A stretch of DNA of 64,000 nucleotides from an uncultured Fibrobacterota bacterium (GTDB lineage Bacteria; Fibrobacterota; Chitinivibrionia; Chitinivibrionales; FEN-1185). The notes below the pieces were generated by a model. The model worked only from the letters and a program-made list of their open reading frames with translations, was not told where the DNA came from and did no database searches. Position 1 is the first letter of the stretch. Each line of letters begins with the position of its first letter. A program made the translations under genes and the position numbers. Below, piece by piece: positions 36,928-44,829 of this stretch. The DNA lies in contig CAVSQB010000025.1 of the NCBI GenBank assembly GCA_963729895.1, positions 1 through 64,000 on the forward strand, written 5' to 3'.

Positions 36928-39900
36928 TTAGAACAATGCCGTTGCCTTCAACTCGGCCATATTGTAAACCAGCACCTTGGTATTGAACACATAATCTACT
37001 TCCATCAGCAAGCGAAGGAAGAAATTTGACCCGGCCTTCACCTGGATATCGAACTTGTTCTGCCAGGTCTGCTGGTAGGAGTTAAAGTCGTAACCCCTCC
37101 CGTTTGAAAGCATTGCGCCGATATAGTACTGGGTCCGCCATTCCCTGATTGTCTTTCCCGGTATTCGCCAGTCGAACAAGATTCCCGGAGTGAGCGAGTT
37201 AAGGTATCCTGTTGTGGTGTCCCGGTACACGCCCGCAATGCCCCCGATGGCGTCGTTGATCACTGAATCAACGTCCTGCCTGGAGACATCCACCGTGGTT
37301 TCCGTCCTCAGGTTCGGGGACCAGCGTTCCGTCCACTTTACGATGAGCTCTTCATACGTGCTCTTGACGGCAAACGTGTCGAGCCCTCTGTTGCTGCCAC
37401 TATAGATAGGCATATCCATGGTGTCCAAAAACATGTTCAAATCGATATCAAACCTGGTCTTCCGGTCTCTAAAAGCAAGACGCGCCTCGTTGTACCATTT
37501 GAGGCCGTTGTCGGTGGCATAGGTCATGTTCGTGGAATTCGTTTTTTCCACCCTGCTGTCGTAATGCAGGTCCTGGGTGAAATCGAATATCGGCTTTATC
37601 GTGTAGGTCTGGGTTGAGGAATTCGTGAAGGTATCGATCGAATTGGACTGCAACTCCAGGGAATCCGCATTTGAAAGTCCATATCCGAGATTAAGCTGGA
37701 ACGGATTGAGGAACTTCAGGTAAACGCCGGGAACAAGCAGCAGGCTGGCGTTCAGCATGTTCGACGTCGAGTTGAGCCATTCCGCGGAGGAAACGACATA
37801 CTGCGCGCTTTGCAGTTGGTAATCGCCGTACAGCGTGACGCCGGGGATAAGTTCCTGGGAAAAGAGTTTGAATTCGGGACGAATCAGATTCCCCCGGTAC
37901 GCCAGGGTGTTGTCCAGGCTGTCTCGGCCCTGGTAAATCCTGAAAACGCTCTTGGTTTCGAGCTGCAGTTTTTTAAGGGGAGAAAACCTGATCCAGGCAA
38001 AAATATTGTGATCGAGCTTCTGATCAAACTGTGATGCAAGGTTATACGGGCCGGGAGCGGTGCCGGAAACATTGGTGTCAACGGAGTCGGTAATGAAATC
38101 GACGGCATAGGAAAGGTCGAACCATATCCTGTCCATACGCTTGAACGAATGGCCCCATTCCGTTTCCACAACTGCGTTCCAGCGGTCGGACATCAGGGAA
38201 TCCCGGTTGCCGCCCTGCACAGTGTCCCGTGGCTGTTGAGTGTAGTTCCTCATGTCCTGGTGCATGCCGAACAGCCTGAGCGTAGGGATTTCGGGCAGCG
38301 AAACGAGATACTGCGCATACTCCCGCACTTCGTTGCCGCACGAGGCGTCGATCACGCCTGCTCCGGCGGTGAGAGGCATGTACTGCTTCCAAAGGTCCCA
38401 GACCAGTTCTCCCTGCGCCTGATGGTTTATTCTTCCGTAAACCGAATTCTGGTCCGCAAGGGTCACATAGTCGGGCGTTTGGTAAATTCCGTTCACCGAG
38501 AGTTTGAGGTTGTACATAACCGAAGAAAGGTCGAGTTTGGCGGCCGACCCCTGTTTGGCGGCCACGATCGAGTCGTTATAGCTTGCCGACACCTCGGGCA
38601 CTGCCCTCAAATAGAGTTTGTTGTCCGCGGATTTCATCTCGATCTTGCTGTTGACGCTGCCGGCAAAGTCCTGGTTCATTGCGCTGTCGAGGCCGACGCG
38701 GTTGGGCTCCTTAAAGCCGCGATACGCGCCGTTGACTCCCAGGGCGACCTTGTCGCTCAACTCAACGACATCTTCAACGGAAGCCATCTGGTTGGTGTAC
38801 TCTCCGATAACGGGCTGGTATTGGCACGAAACCTCGATGCGGGAATCGGGGTTGGCAAGGCCTTCGTTCTTGAACGAAAGCAGTCCCCTGGTCCGCTCGA
38901 TGCTGTAATCGCTCGGGTCTACCACCTGGCCGTCCACGAGAATCTGCACGCTTTCGGTGACTATATTCTGTATGTTGAGCTGATAGAAGTTGTCTTCACG
39001 GAACGGAATGAGTTGCCTGAAGAACTTCGTTTTCCCGAAGCCCGCCCACGCTCCCAAATTTTCCCGGCGGAGCTTTTTGTCGCCCACCCGGTCGCCGAAC
39101 TCGGTGCGGATGCCGGCGCCGTTAAGGTACGTGGGACTGATGAGCGAACTGAAGAAGTAGTCGGTTTTCTGGTCGGTCCGCCAGCCGAGCCTTCGGACGT
39201 TGTCGTCGCCAAAGCCCCGGTACTCGGCGCTGTAGCGTACGTCGCCGAGCGGATCGGTGTTGTCGTAGGTGGCCCGGAACGTGCGGCCGTCATTGAGATC
39301 GCCGTTCATGTTAAGCTGGGCCTTTGGCCATCCGTAAAGGAAATCTTTGTAGGTTGCAACCGTATCCAGCACAACAGGCGTTATTTTTCCGGAAGCCGCT
39401 GTGTCGTAAGCGTAAACCACGGAGTCGAGGTTTTTGTTCAAAATGTAATTTGGTATGCTGGTAGTGAGCGGTGAGCCGAATGTCGCCTTGTTTTCAACTT
39501 TGTATTCCGCGGTCCCCTGAAGGCTCACGCTCTGGCCGGACGGCGCCGTGACTCCGAGCCCGGTTTCGTCCATGTGCGATTTCCATTTGGGCCTTTGCCC
39601 GCCCGTGCCGGTCACCTTGATCTCGGTGGAATACCAGATATCCTGATCGGTTTTCAAATAGGAAAACGTTGTCCCTTTTCTGCACAGGGCGGTCTGGCCC
39701 GAGGTGTACACTTCGTCCTGCACGTCGTCGCCGAGACCGTCAACCGAGGTGTAGGTCTTCCACCGGCGCTGGGCCTCGTCGAAGGTGTACACGCCGTCGG
39801 ACGTGGTGAACCATTCCGTTGTTCCGGACGTGGACAGGGAGTATACGGTTTTCTTATCGATCATCGAGTTGCGGGAGAAATTTTCCCAGGTCTGGTTGCT

Positions 39901-40650
39901 GCCGTTGAACCGGGCAACGCCCTCGGGCGACACCACCCAGATGTACGATGCGTCAACCAGCATGTAGTTGACCGCCGAGCCCACAATGCCGTTGTTGAGC
40001 GGATACGAGTTCCAGGCCTTCATGCTGATCGAATAGCGGGAAAAGCCCTTGTCGGTCTCCACCCAGATGTAGTCGCTGAAATAAAAAAGTCTGAAGGCAG
40101 TATTGGAAATAAGCCCGGTGCTCGTGGTATAGCTTTCCCATTTTTCGAACTTCTTGTCAAAATAGAATACTCCCTGGTCGGTGGCCACCCACAGTTGCGA
40201 CTGGTTGGAATACAGGTCGTAGATGCGCTTGTCGGCAAAGTTGCCCATCGGCTCCCATTGCATCACCACCTTGTTGAACCGCGCGAGCCCATGCGGGCCC
40301 GCCGCGTACACGTAATCCGGGTCCACCACGAGCCGGACAACCGTGTCGGACGGCAGACCCTGCTTGGCGGTGTACGACTTCCAGTCGAGGTACCGCAGGT
40401 CGGCGTACAACGCGCCGCGGTCGGTGGCCACCCACAACTCCGGATCGTCAAGGCACAGGTCGTTCACCGACTCGGGGCGGATGTTCCCCCACAGCTCGTT
40501 GGTGGTTAGAAACCGGTTGAGGCCGAACGCGGTTCCCCACCATACGATGTTATTGTATTGGAAAAAAAGCTGGCGTGGAGGGGGCGAGGCGCCGAACGCG
40601 GCAAACATGGATGCGGCACACACAATGGACAGGCACGATTTTCTTAACAT
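36928..40650 (-). CDS. Large outer-membrane protein: N-terminal beta-propeller + C-terminal beta-barrel
   Basis: Signal peptide; LWVATDxG/GLxS propeller repeats; FYQL...IVTESVQILVDG...DYSI...GLLSF segment reminiscent of SprA-like barrels; amphipathic strands; terminal Phe. Alternative start at 40665. Confidence 0.7.
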   Translation of the reverse strand: MLRKSCLSIVCAASMFAAFGASPPPRQLFFQYNNIVWWGTAFGLNRFLTTNELWGNIRPESVNDLCLDDPELWVATDRGALYADLRYLDWKSYTAKQGLPSDTVVRLVVDPDYVYAAGPHGLARFNKVVMQWEPMGNFADKRIYDLYSNQSQLWVATDQGVFYFDKKFEKWESYTTSTGLISNTAFRLFYFSDYIWVETDKGFSRYSISMKAWNSYPLNNGIVGSAVNYMLVDASYIWVVSPEGVARFNGSNQTWENFSRNSMIDKKTVYSLSTSGTTEWFTTSDGVYTFDEAQRRWKTYTSVDGLGDDVQDEVYTSGQTALCRKGTTFSYLKTDQDIWYSTEIKVTGTGGQRPKWKSHMDETGLGVTAPSGQSVSLQGTAEYKVENKATFGSPLTTSIPNYILNKNLDSVVYAYDTAASGKITPVVLDTVATYKDFLYGWPKAQLNMNGDLNDGRTFRATYDNTDPLGDVRYSAEYRGFGDDNVRRLGWRTDQKTDYFFSSLISPTYLNGAGIRTEFGDRVGDKKLRRENLGAWAGFGKTKFFRQLIPFREDNFYQLNIQNIVTESVQILVDGQVVDPSDYSIERTRGLLSFKNEGLANPDSRIEVSCQYQPVIGEYTNQMASVEDVVELSDKVALGVNGAYRGFKEPNRVGLDSAMNQDFAGSVNSKIEMKSADNKLYLRAVPEVSASYNDSIVAAKQGSAAKLDLSSVMYNLKLSVNGIYQTPDYVTLADQNSVYGRINHQAQGELVWDLWKQYMPLTAGAGVIDASCGNEVREYAQYLVSLPEIPTLRLFGMHQDMRNYTQQPRDTVQGGNRDSLMSDRWNAVVETEWGHSFKRMDRIWFDLSYAVDFITDSVDTNVSGTAPGPYNLASQFDQKLDHNIFAWIRFSPLKKLQLETKSVFRIYQGRDSLDNTLAYRGNLIRPEFKLFSQELIPGVTLYGDYQLQSAQYVVSSAEWLNSTSNMLNASLLLVPGVYLKFLNPFQLNLGYGLSNADSLELQSNSIDTFTNSSTQTYTIKPIFDFTQDLHYDSRVEKTNSTNMTYATDNGLKWYNEARLAFRDRKTRFDIDLNMFLDTMDMPIYSGSNRGLDTFAVKSTYEELIVKWTERWSPNLRTETTVDVSRQDVDSVINDAIGGIAGVYRDTTTGYLNSLTPGILFDWRIPGKTIREWRTQYYIGAMLSNGRGYDFNSYQQTWQNKFDIQVKAGSNFFLRLLMEVDYVFNTKVLVYNMAELKATALF

Positions 40651-40706
40651 TGAGGAATCCGGCATCGCCTTGTGGTTCTTCCGGTTTGGTACTTAACCGA
40701 TTGCAT

Positions 40707-40752
40707 AGTATAGCACGACGGCACCGGGAAAGTCGAGACATTCCTCTCGACT
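40707..40752 (-). promoter_or_regulatory. Putative promoter and overlapping operator at the head of the DUF362 locus
   Basis: Minus strand TCGACT-18bp-TATACT; perfect inverted repeat AGTCGAGA-N6-TCTCGACT (40731-40752) covers the -35. Confidence 0.45.
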
Positions 40753-40947
40753 CCAACGCGTTGTGCGTGTCTTGTCTTGCTGCCGTCAGGGCGTGCTTTT
40801 GGGGGGAACAGTCAGCACTCATTCGACGGCTTTTAAAATAAATGATTAGAGGGGGACATTCAATAACGAAGATGAAATAGTGATCGGCCAAGCCGGCCGA
40901 GGCCCCGGGGAGACGGCCCTTGTGACCCTTGGAAGTCCCTGACGAGG

Positions 40948-40977
40948 GGAAGTACCCGAAGGGGTAGACTTCTCCCC
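40948..40977 (-). repeat. 30-bp dispersed palindromic repeat, copy 2
   Basis: GGAAGTACCCGAAGGGGTAGACTTCTCCCC; upstream CCCCGGGGAGACG and GACCCTTGGAAGT are also shared with copy 1. Confidence 0.85.
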
Positions 40978-40984
40978 AAAAATC

Positions 40985-41605
40985 CTATCCCCATCCCTTC
41001 ACAATTGCAACTGCATCGCGCATCTTGTAGTGGTTTTTGACGCCCGGCTTTATTTCCACGCCGCTGTTGAATTCTACCGCGTAGGGGGTCACGTTTTCCA
41101 GCGCGTCCCGGATGTTCGACGGATTGAGCCCGCCCGCCACAATAATGTTGGGATAGAGTTGCGTTGCCGCGCGCGCGATCGACCAGTCGAACGTCGTGCC
41201 GCTGCCGCCCCGCTCCCCGCTCCAGGTGTCGAGCAGGAACCCGCTTACCTTGTAGGAGGCAAGGGCGGCGACGCTAAAGCCCGGCCCCACGCCGAATGCC
41301 TTGACAACAGCGCATCCGAACCCGGCGGCAAACGCCGGCGTCTCGTTGCCGTGAAGCTGGACCGTGTCGATGCCGGTCTGCGAGATGACGGAAGCCACGG
41401 TCTCCGCTGCGTCGTCGACGAACACGCCGACCTTGGAGACAAACGGCGGAAGCCTGCGGATGATGTCTGCCGCGGCAAGCGGGTGGATGTAGCGGGGACT
41501 CTTGGGATAGAAAATGAACCCGAGCGCGTCAACGCCGAGACCGACCGCGGTTTTTGCGTCTTCGTATCGGGTGATGCCGCAGATTTTGATTCTTATGATA
41601 GACAT
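40985..41605 (-). CDS. trpF: Phosphoribosylanthranilate isomerase
   Basis: IKICGIT, GFIFYPKSPRY, VGVF, VQLHGNE, GGSGTTFDW, AGGLNPSN, SGVE. Confidence 0.97.
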   Translation of the reverse strand: MSIIRIKICGITRYEDAKTAVGLGVDALGFIFYPKSPRYIHPLAAADIIRRLPPFVSKVGVFVDDAAETVASVISQTGIDTVQLHGNETPAFAAGFGCAVVKAFGVGPGFSVAALASYKVSGFLLDTWSGERGGSGTTFDWSIARAATQLYPNIIVAGGLNPSNIRDALENVTPYAVEFNSGVEIKPGVKNHYKMRDAVAIVKGWG

Positions 41606-41615
41606 ATTTGCACGT

Positions 41616-41743
41616 AGCCCAAAGAAAAGAGTCTTTGGATGGCTGAGCCGGGTGACCCCCTAGAAAGATTGGAAGCGAGAATCCATTCTTCGGCTGGGGG
41701 GCACCCACGAGCGACAGCTGAGACGGTCGAATCAGGTACCGTT
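41616..41743 (-). ncRNA. Candidate structured leader / small RNA upstream of trpF
   Basis: Three foldable helices between a TATATT element (41750-41755) and the trpF start; no known family recognised. Confidence 0.35.
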
Positions 41744-41793
41744 AATGAAAATATATGTCTGGATAGGGGAGGCGTTTGCAAAGGCTTGATGGA

Positions 41794-42600
41794 TCACTTC
41801 CAATGAGTCCCCCTTCGGGGGATCTTCGAGGGGGCGCATAACTCCTGGATCAGCTTCTCCGGGTCCTCCGCCCGCATCAAACTTTCGCCTACAAGAAGCG
41901 CGGAGACTCCGGCTTTGTAAAGCTCTTTCGCCTGGGCAGCGCCCGTTATCCCGCTTTCGGACACGAGCGTGATCTCCTTTGGTACATACGGCGCGATCGA
42001 CACGGTGGTTTGAATGTCGGCGGCAAACGTCGCGAGGTCGCGGTTGTTGATGCCGATGCAGGAGGGAAGCGGCGAAAGCCTGAGAACCCTGTCGAGCTCC
42101 TTGTGCGAGTGAATTTCGATGAGCATGTCGAGCCCGGCCGCGCGGCCTGCGCAGTACAATTCGTCCATTTGAGCGTCCGACAGCGCCGCGGCAATGAGCA
42201 GCATTGCGTCGGCGTTCATGGCGGCGGTTTGCAGAACCTGGATGGGATCGATGATGAAGTCTTTGCGCAGCACGGGCAGCGGGACCGCGTTTCGAGCGGT
42301 TTCAAGGCATGCCTGCGATCCCATGAAGAATTTTTCGTCGGTAAGCACGGACAGGGCCGCGGCGCCGCCCGCATGGTATCGTTTGGCGATTGCCCGCGGG
42401 TCAAAAGCGGCGCTGATAACACCCCTGCTCGGAGACGCTTTCTTGATTTCGGCGATAATTGCAGGCCCGTTGTTGCGGCGAAGGGCCGAAACAAACGGGC
42501 GGGCCTTGTCGGACCTGCCGGAGAACCGGCCGCGCTCCCTGGCCAGGCGCCGTATTTCGTCTTTCTTGGCGGAAAGGATGGTGTCGAGGAACGAGGGCAT
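41794..42600 (-). CDS. trpC: Indole-3-glycerol phosphate synthase
   Basis: IAEIKKASPSRG, SVLTDEKFF, LRKDFIID, GINNRDL, SESGI, LVGESLM. Confidence 0.97.
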   Translation of the reverse strand: MPSFLDTILSAKKDEIRRLARERGRFSGRSDKARPFVSALRRNNGPAIIAEIKKASPSRGVISAAFDPRAIAKRYHAGGAAALSVLTDEKFFMGSQACLETARNAVPLPVLRKDFIIDPIQVLQTAAMNADAMLLIAAALSDAQMDELYCAGRAAGLDMLIEIHSHKELDRVLRLSPLPSCIGINNRDLATFAADIQTTVSIAPYVPKEITLVSESGITGAAQAKELYKAGVSALLVGESLMRAEDPEKLIQELCAPSKIPRRGTHWK

Positions 42601-42601
42601 A

Positions 42602-43174
42602 TCAGAGGATCCCGGACAGGAAATTCTTGAGGAGCTGTTTTCCCACCTGGGTGAGGATCGATTCCGGGTGGAACTGCACGCCTTCAATAGGAAACTTTTT
42701 GTGCCGCACGCCCATGATAATGCCGTCTTTTGTCTGGCTCGTAATCTCAAGGCAGTCGGGGCACGATTTGCGCTCGATGATCAGGCTGTGGTAGCGCGTT
42801 GCAATAAAGGGGTTTTGAATGTTGGTGTAGATCTTTTTTCCGTCGTGATGGATTTCTGACACCTTGCCGTGCATGAGCTGCGGCGCGCGAATAATGTTCC
42901 CGCCGAACGCGAATCCGATGGATTGGTGGCCAAGGCACACGCCGAGAAGGGGCGTCCGTGGGCCGAAGGCGGTGACCGCTTCCACCGATATGCCGGCCTC
43001 GCGCGGCGTGCAGGGCCCGGGCGAGATCACGATTGCTTTAGGAGACAACTCGCGGATCTGGTCCAGGGAAATTTTGTCGTTTCTCGCGACGCGGACCTCG
43101 CCTTTGTACAGTTCGCCCAGGTACTGCACGAGGTTGTACGTAAACGAATCGTAGTTGTCGATTATCAAGATCAT
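42602..43174 (-). CDS. trpG: Anthranilate synthase component II (glutamine amidotransferase)
   Basis: [35 protein letters not shown]. Confidence 0.96.
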   Translation of the reverse strand: MILIIDNYDSFTYNLVQYLGELYKGEVRVARNDKISLDQIRELSPKAIVISPGPCTPREAGISVEAVTAFGPRTPLLGVCLGHQSIGFAFGGNIIRAPQLMHGKVSEIHHDGKKIYTNIQNPFIATRYHSLIIERKSCPDCLEITSQTKDGIIMGVRHKKFPIEGVQFHPESILTQVGKQLLKNFLSGIL

Positions 43175-43179
43175 GGGTA

Positions 43180-44655
43180 TCAGCCTCTTCCGATAATGCG
43201 TTTTGCGTCGTTGATGGCGGTGAGCAGGGCGCGCGCCTTGTTCATAGATTCATCGTACTCGGTAGACGGAACGGAATCGGCCACGATCCCCGCGCCGGCC
43301 TGGATGTATGCCATGCCGTCTTTGCAGACCACGGTCCGGATCACGATGCATGTGTCAAGACTGCCGGAAAAGTCGATGTAGCCGAGCGCGCCGCCGTAGG
43401 TGCCGCGCCGCACGGGCTCGAGTTCGTCGATTATCTGCATGGCGCGGATTTTGGGAGCGCCCGACAGGGTGCCCGCGGGAAAACAGGCGAACAGCGCATC
43501 GAGCGCGTCGCAGCCGGCCCGCAGCCGGCCGGAAACGTTCGACACCAGGTGCATGACATGAGAGTATTGCTCGACATGCATCATCTCTTCCACCTTTACG
43601 CTGCCGTACTCGCTTACCCGGCCGATGTCGTTTCTGCCGAGGTCCACCAGCATGATGTGCTCGGCGATTTCCTTTGGGTCTTTTGTGAGCTCCTCGGCGA
43701 GCTGTTCGTCTTCGATTTCGGTTCTGCCGCGCGGACGCGAACCGGCAATGGGCCGCGTTTCCACCACGCCGTTTTCCACGCGGACCATCATCTCCGGAGA
43801 CGAGCCGACCACCGTGGCTCCGGCCAGCGACAGGAAGTACATGTACGGCGACGGGTTCACAGTGCGAAGGATGCGGTACAGGTCGAACGGGTCCGCGTCC
43901 ACGCGCACGCTGATGCGCTGGGAGGGCACCACCTGGAAGATATCACCGGCCCGGATGTATTCTTTGCACTTTTCAACCGCGGTCTCGTACTGTTCCCTGG
44001 TGAAGGTCGACGAGGACTCCTTGACATCGTGAACGGTGATGCCCGATGACGCGAGGCGGACCGCGAGCTTGTCCTCCAGGCTGCCCAGGCTGTGACACGC
44101 GTTTTTGTACGCCTCTTCAAGGGGAATGCCGTCATCGACGTGGATGGTGGTAATGAGCAGCAGTTTGTGCTCCCGATTGTCGAATGCGATGATGTCCCTG
44201 TAAAACCCGAAGAAGATTTCGTCCACGATCCGGTCCTGGGGGTTTTTGTCAGGGATCTTCTCGAACAGCCGCACCGAGTCGTAGGAGAAATAGCCCACGG
44301 CGCCGCCGCACAGGCGGGGAAGGCCTTCAACATGCACCGATTTGTACCGCCCGAGCAGGGACCGCAGTTTACCAATCGGATCGCCGTCGCCCTCTTCCGC
44401 AAACTGCCCCGCAACTTCCCACGATGGGCCGTTGCTTTTGAAGGTAAGAAACGGTTTCGCGCCGATAAAGGAATACCGCGCGACTTTGTCGCCGCCGGTG
44501 ACGCTCTCCAAAAGGAAGCTGTAAGGCTCGTCTTTGAACAGTTTGAGCCATACCGAGACCGGGGTCTCGGTGTCGGCGAGGATTCTATGACAAACAGGAA
44601 TCACGTTGCCGAGAGATGCGAGGTCCTTGACTTCGGTGAGTGATGGTACGATCAT
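43180..44655 (-). CDS. trpE: Anthranilate synthase component I
   Basis: [56 protein letters not shown]. Confidence 0.97.
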   Translation of the reverse strand: MIVPSLTEVKDLASLGNVIPVCHRILADTETPVSVWLKLFKDEPYSFLLESVTGGDKVARYSFIGAKPFLTFKSNGPSWEVAGQFAEEGDGDPIGKLRSLLGRYKSVHVEGLPRLCGGAVGYFSYDSVRLFEKIPDKNPQDRIVDEIFFGFYRDIIAFDNREHKLLLITTIHVDDGIPLEEAYKNACHSLGSLEDKLAVRLASSGITVHDVKESSSTFTREQYETAVEKCKEYIRAGDIFQVVPSQRISVRVDADPFDLYRILRTVNPSPYMYFLSLAGATVVGSSPEMMVRVENGVVETRPIAGSRPRGRTEIEDEQLAEELTKDPKEIAEHIMLVDLGRNDIGRVSEYGSVKVEEMMHVEQYSHVMHLVSNVSGRLRAGCDALDALFACFPAGTLSGAPKIRAMQIIDELEPVRRGTYGGALGYIDFSGSLDTCIVIRTVVCKDGMAYIQAGAGIVADSVPSTEYDESMNKARALLTAINDAKRIIGRG

Positions 44656-44680
44656 AGTGTCTTAATCAATTTCCGTGTTT

Positions 44681-44783
44681 GGGCGTTCCCCTTGCTACGC
44701 TCGGGTCGGCCCTCGTTCACGCTTCGCGCCCTTCGGGCCGCCTGCGGTGGTGGTCTCCGCGCCTTCGGCGCTCCAGCGCACCA
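44681..44783. repeat. GC-rich multi-hairpin intergenic element between valS and trpE
   Basis: GGGCGTTCCCC...GCCCTTCGGGC...GCGCCTTCGGCGC...: several C-TTCG-G capped stems on the plus strand. Confidence 0.5.
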
Positions 44784-44829
44784 CTCCAGTCCGGCCTGAC
44801 GCGAAAACATGAAAAAGAGGCGGTGTAAA

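Noticed and set aside
24846..40650. Porin-multihaem cytochrome (Mtr/Pcc-type) conduit
   Set aside because: No CxxCH motifs in any protein of the locus; a CxxC in lipoprotein 3 lacks the His.
41616..41760. tmRNA, TPP riboswitch, SRP or T-box identity for the trpF leader (GATTCGAC and CTGAGA words present)
   Set aside because: Too short for tmRNA and lacks its GGGG 5' end and CCA end; lacks the remaining TPP core, the SRP loop and the T-box sequence.
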